A stretch of 64,000 bases of DNA, taken from a virus. Numbering within the stretch: position 1 is the first letter of the stretch; every line of letters starts with the position of its first letter. Both the position numbers and the translations under genes were made by a program. The notes under the pieces were generated by a model. It worked only from the letters and a program-made list of their open reading frames with translations, was not told where the DNA came from and did not search any database. Shown piece by piece: positions 20,053-28,620 of the stretch. The stretch lies in the IMG/VR virus record IMGVR_UViG_3300032294_001352, positions 23,877 to 87,876 of that record. The stretch is one strand, 5' to 3'.

Positions 20053-20257
20053 CCCAGTGCTTTCGTGGGCGCTGGTATGAACCAACTTGCAAGTGCTTGA
20101 CGGACACCTCACGCAGTTTCTCTGGAAACGTGTCAAACGTCTGTGCCTTTGGTGGTGTCCGGTAGTTGGGCGCACGTTGGCCAAATGCATTGGCCTCATT
20201 GTACGTGCTGGCTTGCGGCACCTTGGTGTTAGCAGTCGTGCTTGATGGCTTAGACAT
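20045..20257 (-). CDS. Small basic protein with an LQVGSY module
   Basis: 70 aa; shares the VSVxxLQVGSY motif with 20918-21868. Confidence 0.6.
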   Translation of the reverse strand: MSKPSSTTANTKVPQASTYNEANAFGQRAPNYRTPPKAQTFDTFPEKLREVSVKHLQVGSYQRPRKHWDE

Positions 20258-20260
20258 CTG

Positions 20261-20917
20261 CTAGCCTTTCTTGCGTGGGCGCATCGCCTTGGTCAGATCT
20301 GCACTTGCAGGCTTCCCATTGATGAATGCGCCTTGGCCTTTTGCCATCTTCTGTGAAGTACTTCCTTTGCTGCCCACGTTCTTTGCGCTAGTTGGCCGAG
20401 CAAGGATTTTTCCTTTGTTTGGGCCTTTGCTATCTAGGCTAGATGGCTGCATGGTAACGACAAGTGGACCTTGCTTTGCATTTGCCGCACTCATATTGTT
20501 GGCTGTGTTGGCCCATTGTTGTGCATCTTGCATTGCTTGACCACGAGGCGTTCGTTTGATTCCACCCCAGTACACCTCAGTGTCTTTGGGATTTTGAGGA
20601 ATATTCACGACTTTACTGACTTTGCGATTTGATGACGTTGATGATGCCGCACTCTTGACCATTCCTTTGGTTCGTCCACGATTAGGTTTGGCGCGCGACT
20701 CAAACATCATTGGTTCTTTCTCAGTGTAATACCGAGTACCAGTCTGATTGGAGATAGCGCGTGCTGGAACTTCTTGCATCATCATTCCAGCCGTGTTCTT
20801 TCCCTCAAGTTTTGCACCTGCAGCAGCCCAGTTCCTTGCCTCTTGCCGCACGCGTGGCAGTGGCGTTGCATCCTCAATAGGTTCAGTATTGCGTCGCTTC
20901 TTCATTGTGCTCTCCAC
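20261..20917 (-). CDS. Basic low-complexity protein
   Basis: 218 aa; shares MSAANAK...RPTSAKNVGSKGS and KGQGA[YF]I[DN]G with the 19060 ORF. Confidence 0.65.
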   Translation of the reverse strand: MESTMKKRRNTEPIEDATPLPRVRQEARNWAAAGAKLEGKNTAGMMMQEVPARAISNQTGTRYYTEKEPMMFESRAKPNRGRTKGMVKSAASSTSSNRKVSKVVNIPQNPKDTEVYWGGIKRTPRGQAMQDAQQWANTANNMSAANAKQGPLVVTMQPSSLDSKGPNKGKILARPTSAKNVGSKGSTSQKMAKGQGAFINGKPASADLTKAMRPRKKG

Positions 20918-21868
20918 TTATTTCTCTGACGGAGTGTTACCAGCCTTGGGATTGGTCTTGTATGAACCAACCTGCAGCCGTGACACGCTCACATCCTTAA
21001 AGCCACGATCCGGCACGTTGTCATTGGTTTCCGTGTACTGCGTCTTCTTTGCGGCATTCAAGCCTTTGGTCCACGGACCACGACCAGTCTGCGTCTTTCC
21101 GGCCTCATACGAACCAACTTCCAACCGGCTAATGCTTGGAGTCTTAGCATCCGTTGGATTGGCAATCTTCTGAATACGATCCCCGTTACCCATGGTGGTC
21201 ATTCCTTTCTTGATGGTAGCAGTACGCTGCCCAGTTGTCATACCTTTTTCCATCTTTGCCGCATCTTTACCACGAGGCATTCTGATGGGTGGAAGTATAT
21301 CCCGATATTTGGTGTGCAACTCATAAAAGTTGTACTTCCCTGGCTTGATGGTAACACCCTTGAATGTTACCGGTTTCTTCAGTTCAAAATTACCCCTGTC
21401 ATCTGGTTGCGTAGCGATTGGTTTTAACCACGCTGGTAATTGTGGAAACTTAGATGGTTTTGGTCGTGGATTATTTGGATTCCAAAGATTCCTATCATCT
21501 TGTGCCGCAGGTTTAGGTGCACTTACACTTGCACTTGATGATGGCTTAGGAGCAGGTGTTGACGTTGGCTTTGGAGCGGATACCGTTGACGTTGGTGTAC
21601 TTACTCGTGGTGGTGTCATGCGTGATGCAACCGTAGGAGCAGGAGTAACTGCCGCTTGCACAGTAGGCTTGGGTAACTGTGGAGTTGCAGATGGCATTGA
21701 CTGAGATGGTTTGGCTGGCTGAAATGGGAGCAACGGCTTTCCATACTGGGGCTTGGTTGATCCCTGATTCATAGGTATTGCAGCGTTCTTGTGCATCCGC
21801 TTGTTCGCACAGGTGCAATTCTTCATGCCGCATACCGGACAAATCCCCTTGCGCGTATGTTTGGCCAA
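20918..21868 (-). CDS. Basic Pro-rich protein with N-terminal CxxC...CxC
   Basis: TTG start with AAAGGGGG RBS; two L[EQ]VGSY repeats. Confidence 0.65.
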   Translation of the reverse strand: MAKHTRKGICPVCGMKNCTCANKRMHKNAAIPMNQGSTKPQYGKPLLPFQPAKPSQSMPSATPQLPKPTVQAAVTPAPTVASRMTPPRVSTPTSTVSAPKPTSTPAPKPSSSASVSAPKPAAQDDRNLWNPNNPRPKPSKFPQLPAWLKPIATQPDDRGNFELKKPVTFKGVTIKPGKYNFYELHTKYRDILPPIRMPRGKDAAKMEKGMTTGQRTATIKKGMTTMGNGDRIQKIANPTDAKTPSISRLEVGSYEAGKTQTGRGPWTKGLNAAKKTQYTETNDNVPDRGFKDVSVSRLQVGSYKTNPKAGNTPSEK

Positions 21869-21944
21869 AGCATCACCCCCTTTCAGTGAATTGTACTCTA
21901 TACGTATAATAAATCATACGTCAATAGATTGTATGGAGGAATAG

Positions 21945-22490
21945 ATGGCAAAGCAGCAGAAAACATCACCAAAAGCCATAAAAGCAGCAGAAACTGCGTT
22001 GCGTGCCTTGGAACTGCGTAAGGCCGGAGCAACCTACGAAACCATAGCCCAGATGCTCGGCTATGCGTCTAAGTCAACGGCTTTCACGGCTGTCAACAGA
22101 ATCATGAGTCAAACCAAACGCGAGGCAACCAAAGAAGCGTTTGAGATGGAACTGCGGCGCCTAGATGATTTGATGATGACGCTCTGGCCACTGGCGCGTG
22201 CTGGTGACAACATGGCTGCCATTGATCGAGTGCTCAGAATCATGGAACGTCGTGCCAAACTGCTTGGCCTAGACGCACCTGAGAAATCACAGCAGCAGAT
22301 TCAGCAGATTATCCGTGTGCAGTATGAAGACGTACAATTCCAGCCCACGGAGTTTGAACCAGATGTTCCACTGCCGCAGTTAAACGCACCAACCGTAGAA
22401 GTGGTCTACGAGGATGAGGCTGAAGAAACACTTGATGATGAGCATATGATAGAAGAAGATGAACAAGATGATGACGATCGTGAGGATTGA
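21945..22490 (+). CDS. terS: Terminase small subunit (HTH)
   Basis: ALELRKAGATYETIAQMLGY HTH followed by ELRRLD...AIDRVLRIMERRAKLLGLDAP, a typical TerS-like pattern; acidic tail. Confidence 0.7.
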   Translation: MAKQQKTSPKAIKAAETALRALELRKAGATYETIAQMLGYASKSTAFTAVNRIMSQTKREATKEAFEMELRRLDDLMMTLWPLARAGDNMAAIDRVLRIMERRAKLLGLDAPEKSQQQIQQIIRVQYEDVQFQPTEFEPDVPLPQLNAPTVEVVYEDEAEETLDDEHMIEEDEQDDDDRED

Positions 22491-22492
22491 TT

Positions 22493-22951
22493 ATGGGGCG
22501 CAATCGAAAAAAGTCTGGCGTAGGCGCAGTGACTGCGGCACCGGCACCACCGGAGCGTGGTGGTGAGCGTGTGCGAATGGATCGTGCGTTCAATCAACTT
22601 CCGGTGGATCGCATCATTCAAGAACTGCGTGACAACGTCAGTTTTAACCTACCAGACGTAGAAGACACGTACCGTGAGCGTGACACCGGATTCTCTATAG
22701 ATAACCGTCAGGAAATGCAAGACTTCATTGACCAGTTGATGAGTGCGAAGCGGCAAGATGGTTCATGGGATATGAACGCACTGGATGCAGCAGCGCAATA
22801 CTTCCAAGACGCTCCGTCACGCGAAGTGTTTTTCCCTGATAATAAAGCAAGAATTGGTGACTTTGGTGAGGAACTGGCTGGCTTCTTACGAGATGTGCGG
22901 CAAGCGTATGAACGTGGTGGTGACGAGGCAGTTCGTCAGTTAGGAGTGTAG
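22493..22951 (+). CDS. MGRNR-tag protein 1 (acidic helical cargo)
   Basis: Begins MGRNRKKSGVGAV. Confidence 0.75.
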   Translation: MGRNRKKSGVGAVTAAPAPPERGGERVRMDRAFNQLPVDRIIQELRDNVSFNLPDVEDTYRERDTGFSIDNRQEMQDFIDQLMSAKRQDGSWDMNALDAAAQYFQDAPSREVFFPDNKARIGDFGEELAGFLRDVRQAYERGGDEAVRQLGV

Positions 22952-22952
22952 T

Positions 22953-23849
22953 ATGCCATTTGTGATGCAAGAGCGACCAGACGGCCGGATTAACGTCGTC
23001 AATCCAATTACTGGGGAAGTCAAAGGCACGCACAAGAACAAGCGGCAAGCGTTGGCACAGATGCGTGCGTTGTACGCCAATGTACCAGATGCAATGCAGA
23101 AGCGTCGTAACAATGAACCGACCAATCCGCAACTGTGGATGCAGGCCAAGAACCAGGCTAAGCGTCGATTCACGGTGTATCCATCAGCCTATGCCAATGC
23201 GTGGGCAGCACGGTGGTATAAGGAGCATGGAGGTGGATGGAAAGAAGCATCATCACCACCGACGGAAACGCGTGATCCACGGAGCGTACAGAAAGATCTG
23301 CGTGAGTGGTTTAAGGAAGACTGGGTGGACATCTCTAAGCCTATCCGTGAGAACGGAAAGATTGTTGGCTATGAGCAATGCGGCAGGGCTGAGGCTGAGG
23401 CCTCTGAGGGTGGTTATCCCAAGTGTCTGCCCAAAGCCAAAGCAATGAAGTTGTCAGAGATGGACCGGTTGAAACTGATTGCACGGAAGCGTCGTGCTGG
23501 TACGCCAACGGATGGCAAACCTATCATGACAAGCAGCATGACGAAGAAAGCGGCAACGGCTAAGGCACTCTTACAGAAGATGCAGCGGATGTATCAACCT
23601 GAGGAATGGGTGGACATTACCAAGCCTATCCGTGACAACGCAGGATTGATTGTGGGCTTTCAAGATGTCACCTACAAAAAGGAAGCCAAGTTTCCTATGC
23701 GTCGTCAGCAGGCTGTCAAGATGACGGAGCAAGAGCGGCAAGCACTTATCCGCAATCGCTTTGGCCACATGCTTACGGATGATGGTGTACCAGTTGCGTC
23801 AAAGAAAGAAAAGACCATGAAGAAGTATGGTCGGTACAAGCGTCAGTAG
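22953..23849 (+). CDS. Multi-module basic phage protein (DUF5872-like modules)
   Basis: Modules GTHKNKRQALAQMRALY, YPSAYANAWAARWYKEHGG and LREWFKEDWVDI...CGR...YPKCLP, plus a degenerate copy EEWVDI. Confidence 0.65.
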   Translation: MPFVMQERPDGRINVVNPITGEVKGTHKNKRQALAQMRALYANVPDAMQKRRNNEPTNPQLWMQAKNQAKRRFTVYPSAYANAWAARWYKEHGGGWKEASSPPTETRDPRSVQKDLREWFKEDWVDISKPIRENGKIVGYEQCGRAEAEASEGGYPKCLPKAKAMKLSEMDRLKLIARKRRAGTPTDGKPIMTSSMTKKAATAKALLQKMQRMYQPEEWVDITKPIRDNAGLIVGFQDVTYKKEAKFPMRRQQAVKMTEQERQALIRNRFGHMLTDDGVPVASKKEKTMKKYGRYKRQ

Positions 23850-23863
23850 CACTGAGGAAACAC

Positions 23864-24691
23864 ATGGGAAGAAATCGCAAACCATCTCGGGAAGTTGCAG
23901 CACCTGCGGCAAGTGTGGAGTCCGTGAGCAAACGGATTAACACCACGCTTGAAGACGCACTCTGGTCCATGTCCACACAAGGCCTCATCTATGATGGCGA
24001 GTACGTGGTGCGTGACAATCTGGCCGACGAAGCCTTTCGAGATGGAATGCGTTATCTGGGGCTGAATCCAGATCGGCCTCGCGATGTGGAGATTATTGCG
24101 GCAGCCATAGGAATCTTTGGCGAGGAAGAAAGTGACATCTACGTGCGCCCAGCAGATGCTCAGTACGATATGGGAATCATATCCATGAGCATGGCTGCAG
24201 AAGCCCAACGTGGATTCAAAGTGCTGCCAGATAAAGTGGTCGTGGAAAACGTGTCATTTGCCAAAGGCCTCACTCCGTCAGACAACATTGGCTATGCAAT
24301 GCTCGTGCGGCAAGCGTGGGCACTCCGAAAGATCGGTGAGCGATTAGGCAAACCAGTGGTAGTCAGCACGTCAGCACTCAGTGATGATGACTACTGGAAA
24401 GGCGTGCAAGTGTGGCCAAAGATGGGCTACAACTTCCCACTCACAGGTATTATCCGTGAGCGTGCCATGGCCAATGGCTTCCAAGCACGCAACACTCCGG
24501 AACTGATGACTGAAGTCAATGCCGCAGGCGAAACAGGATACGATGCGTGGGGCAGGATCGTTAGTGAGGCGTTGAAATACATGCCAGACAAAGAACTCCG
24601 TATCCGTGGCAGCATGACGGTGACGGATGACAATGATACTGGACTTCAGGTGTTGTTGAACTATGGGCGGCAAAAAGGAATATTGGAGTAG
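23864..24691 (+). CDS. MGRNR-tag protein 2, GNAT-like cargo
   Basis: MGRNRKPS start; IGYAMLVRQ...GVQVWPKMGYNF. Confidence 0.75.
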   Translation: MGRNRKPSREVAAPAASVESVSKRINTTLEDALWSMSTQGLIYDGEYVVRDNLADEAFRDGMRYLGLNPDRPRDVEIIAAAIGIFGEEESDIYVRPADAQYDMGIISMSMAAEAQRGFKVLPDKVVVENVSFAKGLTPSDNIGYAMLVRQAWALRKIGERLGKPVVVSTSALSDDDYWKGVQVWPKMGYNFPLTGIIRERAMANGFQARNTPELMTEVNAAGETGYDAWGRIVSEALKYMPDKELRIRGSMTVTDDNDTGLQVLLNYGRQKGILE

Positions 24692-24694
24692 CAC

Positions 24695-25816
24695 ATGGGC
24701 AGGAATCGACGTAAAGCCGGAGTAGGTGCTGTGGAGCGTGCAGTCTATGACATCTTTGGCAACATCATTGGCCAAGAAGATGACGTTGCTCCTACTCCTA
24801 CGGAAACCATCACTACCATATCCGATCCTGACTTTGAACACGTAGATACCACCGTGTTCAATCCTGTGGCATACTCTGCAACGTTACAAACTATGCTCAA
24901 AGAGCAATATGCTGATATGAATCAAGTGATCTCTATAGGAATGGAGTATTTGAAATCTATATCTGGCAATTCTCAGGATGACTGGATAATAAATAACATG
25001 CCGCAAGTACAAACTGTAAAAGGAATGATTGCATTAGGATTAGATCCTCAAGTACCGTCTGATAGACGTTTATATACTGATTTAATATCAGGAACAAGCA
25101 ATTTTTATTCAGGTAAGTGGAATCCCTCACCTGAAGAAAGAAAGGAAATGCGAAAGCAAGATGCATCTGTACCTGATACTGGAGATGTAGAGTTTGAAGT
25201 AGGATTCAGCAGACGCATTAAAGTAGATAATCCAACAAAAGTAGTAATATCCAATGTGTCATTTTCAGCATCAAAGACTGCTCCTCCAGGAATTGGCTAT
25301 ATGATGATTGCACGTCAGATTAGTGCCGCGCGTCAACTTGCAAAAAAATTAGGAAAACCAGTAGAGATTGAAACAACTGCTCATAACTCAGAACAATCAC
25401 AAAAAACAAAGAAGGGTAATACCGGTTTTCACGTTTGGCCAAAACTTGGCTATGTCTTTGAGATTCCTGAAACCGTCAAAGTTGAATTGCGTCGCATGGG
25501 ATTTACAGACAAACAAATGAACAATTCAGCAACACTGATGCAAAGCCGAAATCCACAAGGCCAACTTGGTTTTGACGTGTGGAGTAAAGCACTAGTAGCA
25601 GAAGGTGATAGTAAGTGGGCTGTGAATGGAAGAACAGTCATAAATCCGAATGCATCAACACCATCACCTGCTGAGCAAGTCACGATTGCCTACGGAAAGC
25701 GCAAAGGCTATCTCAAAATGCAGCAGAATAAGCGGCAAAACAATGACGTGTTCCTCAGTTCAGAAGATGACGCAATCCTACGTGACGTGTGGGCTTCCAT
25801 GGGAAGATTGGAGTAG
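24695..25816 (+). CDS. MGRNR-tag protein 3, GNAT-like cargo
   Basis: MGRNRRKAGVGAVERAVYDIFGN start; GIGYMMIARQ...GFHVWPKLGYVF. Confidence 0.8.
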   Translation: MGRNRRKAGVGAVERAVYDIFGNIIGQEDDVAPTPTETITTISDPDFEHVDTTVFNPVAYSATLQTMLKEQYADMNQVISIGMEYLKSISGNSQDDWIINNMPQVQTVKGMIALGLDPQVPSDRRLYTDLISGTSNFYSGKWNPSPEERKEMRKQDASVPDTGDVEFEVGFSRRIKVDNPTKVVISNVSFSASKTAPPGIGYMMIARQISAARQLAKKLGKPVEIETTAHNSEQSQKTKKGNTGFHVWPKLGYVFEIPETVKVELRRMGFTDKQMNNSATLMQSRNPQGQLGFDVWSKALVAEGDSKWAVNGRTVINPNASTPSPAEQVTIAYGKRKGYLKMQQNKRQNNDVFLSSEDDAILRDVWASMGRLE

Positions 25817-25819
25817 CAG

Positions 25820-26893
25820 ATGGGCAGAAACCGGAAAAAGGCTGGTGTGGGCGCGGTTGAACGTGCTATCTACGATATTTTTGGCAACGTGATTGGCCAA
25901 GAAGATGAGAATGCGGCACCTGCTCCGGTGAGCGATCAACCAGTCATTCTTACCGGAGCGGAACTCACGCGCCAGTTAGGTGACACCAGTGGATTCTCAC
26001 CCAATGTCCGGAAGTTGTTCACTGACGTGGAATCACCTATCGTCACCAATGATCCGCGCGTACAAAAGAACATGCGGCAACTGGGATTGGATGACACCAA
26101 TCCTGAGCATCGCCGAATCTTTCGCATTCTGTTTGGCTTACATGAAGGCACTGGGAAAATGGAGCATCCCAATCCGGCCATCTTGGTGAATGATGACCAA
26201 GAGATTATAGACGCCGATGCCGCATTCTCCGTTGGATCACGTGGGAAGTTCGCAGGTGTGGATCGTGCAGCAAACTCCACAATGCGTCTGGCCATCATCA
26301 AAGGCGATAACGTCATCATTGAGAATCACACCTACGTGATGACGGATCCGAATGAGCAGATGCAAGGTGCTGGCTATGCCATGCTCCGGATGCAGGCCTA
26401 TGCCGCACGCAGACTCAATGAGATAACTGGGCGCAACGTCACCATCCGGACCACAGCACTCTCACGAGATGCACGGCTTGATCCGAATGGGATAGAGTGG
26501 GTGGGTGCGCATACGTGGCCAAAGTTAGGCTATGACTTTGACTTCAACGATCCGCGCGTGCCTAGTGATTTGGTGGAATCACTCCGTGCCGCAGGCTTCA
26601 AGAGTATGCGTAGCAGCGACTTGATGAGTGAAGTCAACGCAGATGGTGAGCGTGGCTATGACGTGTGGCCGTTCATTGTGGATGAGATTCTAAGCATTGA
26701 TGGCCAACTGAGCATGAAAGGCACCATGAACGTCACCAATGACAACGATCGTGGACTCCAAGTCATGCAGAACTATGGGCGGCAAAAGGGAATCGTTAAG
26801 GGTGGCACGACGCGCAACGTGGGTGGCGTGGATGGGATTACACTGACTGGGATGGATAACGATATTCTTCGCCAACTGTGGCAGCAGATATAG
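25820..26893 (+). CDS. MGRNR-tag protein 4, GNAT-like cargo
   Basis: MGRNRKKAGVGAVERAIYDIFGN start; QGAGYAMLRMQ...GAHTWPKLGYDF. Confidence 0.8.
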   Translation: MGRNRKKAGVGAVERAIYDIFGNVIGQEDENAAPAPVSDQPVILTGAELTRQLGDTSGFSPNVRKLFTDVESPIVTNDPRVQKNMRQLGLDDTNPEHRRIFRILFGLHEGTGKMEHPNPAILVNDDQEIIDADAAFSVGSRGKFAGVDRAANSTMRLAIIKGDNVIIENHTYVMTDPNEQMQGAGYAMLRMQAYAARRLNEITGRNVTIRTTALSRDARLDPNGIEWVGAHTWPKLGYDFDFNDPRVPSDLVESLRAAGFKSMRSSDLMSEVNADGERGYDVWPFIVDEILSIDGQLSMKGTMNVTNDNDRGLQVMQNYGRQKGIVKGGTTRNVGGVDGITLTGMDNDILRQLWQQI

Positions 26894-26917
26894 GCGGCAT
26901 GTAGATAGGAGATTGCT

Positions 26918-28072
26918 ATGAGTTTTGCGATTGACATCCGACAGTGGAAGACGGTAGAAGCCTTTGAGGCGCATCTGAATGCACACGATCCTGCTATCTG
27001 TGATTGGGTGCAAGGCATCGTGATTCATCATACGTGGCGACCACTGCCCAGTCAGTGGCGTGGCCGATCGTCGATTGAGGGAATGAAAGCGTACTATGAG
27101 CGGCAGTCACCACCGTGGACTGCTGGACCACACTTGTTCATTGTGACTGGCAGCCCTAATCCGTCTGATGACGGTATCTGGCAGATGACTCCGCTCAACA
27201 TGGTGGGTGTACACGCTACGGTGTGTAATCCAACAACGTGGGGCATTGAAGTGGTGGGTGACTATGATGATGAACCGTGGACATTTTCTACCAAGCAGTT
27301 GGCGGTTGGTGCTGCTGCGGCATTGGCCAAGTGGCGCGGAATCATCATCTCACCTCAGACGGTAAAAGGCCATCGGGATTGTAAGAGCAGCAAGTCATGT
27401 CCAGGCAATGCCATCAACATGCAGCAGGTGCGTGACTGGATTAACGCAGAGATCAATGGCACACCAGCGCGTGAACCAATCACGGCTGACAGTCAGATCC
27501 TTGCGGCACCACGATGCAGCATGGAAACTGCGTTGGATTACATCATGAACCGGAATCCACGGCCTGCGTACACGCTGAGTGATTTCTCTATTCATATCCT
27601 GCCTGCATACTGGCAGTTAGGCAAACTGACTGGTGTTGATCCGTGTATTGCCATTGCCCAAGCAATCCATGAAACGGCCAACTTTAGCAGTTGGTGGTCG
27701 TTGCGCCCACGACGCAATCCTGCTGGGATCGGGGTGACAGGCCAATCTAGCCGAACCGCGCCACATCCTGAGGAAGTCAACAAGTGGGCATATGACAAAG
27801 ACGTGAACCTGTGGAAGTTCGGTTTATCGTTCCCATCATGGCAGGTGAGTGCATTGGCACACATGGGCCGATTATGTGCATACGCAACCAAGCCTGCTGA
27901 ACGCTCACCAGAGCAACAGAAGATTGTAGAACAAGCATTGATGATGCGATCGCTTCCATTGGCCTTACAGGGAAGCGCGCCGGTGCTCTTTGGCCTTAAT
28001 GGGAAGTGGGCTTATCCTGGCACCACGTATGCCCAACGGATTGCTGCCATAGCCACAGAGATGGCATTCTAG
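26918..28072 (+). CDS. Endolysin: N-acetylmuramoyl-L-alanine amidase (Amidase_2) plus glucosaminidase-like domain
   Basis: IVIHHT...PHLF...GVHA...GIEVVG...GHRD...KSCPG zinc-amidase motifs; C-terminal IAQAIHETANF...RNPAGIG...KWA. Confidence 0.85.
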   Translation: MSFAIDIRQWKTVEAFEAHLNAHDPAICDWVQGIVIHHTWRPLPSQWRGRSSIEGMKAYYERQSPPWTAGPHLFIVTGSPNPSDDGIWQMTPLNMVGVHATVCNPTTWGIEVVGDYDDEPWTFSTKQLAVGAAAALAKWRGIIISPQTVKGHRDCKSSKSCPGNAINMQQVRDWINAEINGTPAREPITADSQILAAPRCSMETALDYIMNRNPRPAYTLSDFSIHILPAYWQLGKLTGVDPCIAIAQAIHETANFSSWWSLRPRRNPAGIGVTGQSSRTAPHPEEVNKWAYDKDVNLWKFGLSFPSWQVSALAHMGRLCAYATKPAERSPEQQKIVEQALMMRSLPLALQGSAPVLFGLNGKWAYPGTTYAQRIAAIATEMAF

Positions 28073-28157
28073 CAGCCGGATGCTCCGTGATCAGGCTAAT
28101 AACCATCTGATTCCAACGCGGAAAATCACCAATTTTCTGTGATTCTCAAATTGGTAC

Positions 28158-28186
28158 TTGACAAACTATACATTTTGTCTTACAAT
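28158..28186 (+). promoter_or_regulatory. Sigma70-type promoter for the ncRNA cluster
   Basis: TTGACA-17 nt-TACAAT followed by GACTGACAT, as at 46591 and 60760. Confidence 0.75.
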
Positions 28187-28240
28187 GACTGACATGAGGG
28201 AATGGCGTGTGGGGAGAGAAAAAACCGTGACTGACACTCA

Positions 28241-28480
28241 CGAGTACCTCACACTTAATGGTGAGAGATGGTAGTGGTTGCCATCCAGATGTGTTGACTC
28301 GCAATCAACATGTTGACACCAGCCGTAGGTGGTGCGACCACCTCAGCAGACCTACAAGCATTATCGGACTCCGTGCGCTGGTAATGTGGAAGGCGGGCAC
28401 CTCGAAGAAAGAAAGCGTCGCACAGGAACTGGTACTCGGTATTACACTGAGTAGGTGGGCAACCTGCCAAATAGCCCACC
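28241..28480 (+). ncRNA. Putative structured non-coding RNA
   Basis: Closing stem GAGTACC (28241)/GGTACTC (28431) encloses several hairpins; followed by a GGTGGGC/GCCCACC hairpin; no convincing CDS. Confidence 0.4.
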
Positions 28481-28485
28481 GTTAT

Positions 28486-28618
28486 GGGGATGCTCTGGTA
28501 TTGACAGGGTGATTTGGCAATCAGTAGCGATAACTGCCCACGGGAAGACGCGAACGCTGCCTGCCTTTAATGGTGATAATCATTCTGGACTGCGGTTCGA
28601 CTCCGCACATCTCCACCA
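28486..28618 (+). ncRNA. Miniature tmRNA-like RNA (tRNA-like domain, 133 nt)
   Basis: Acceptor GGGGATG/CATCTCC-A-CCA with G3.U; T arm TGCGG-TTCGACT-CCGCA; helix CAGGGTGATT/AATCATTCTG; no D stem. Confidence 0.8.
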
Positions 28619-28620
28619 AT

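Noticed and set aside
15648-21704. Numerous + strand ORFs (Val/Gly-rich) over the low-complexity block
   Set aside because: They are antisense shadows of the Thr/Pro repeats; they have no RBS, and the minus-strand ORFs carry the conserved modules.
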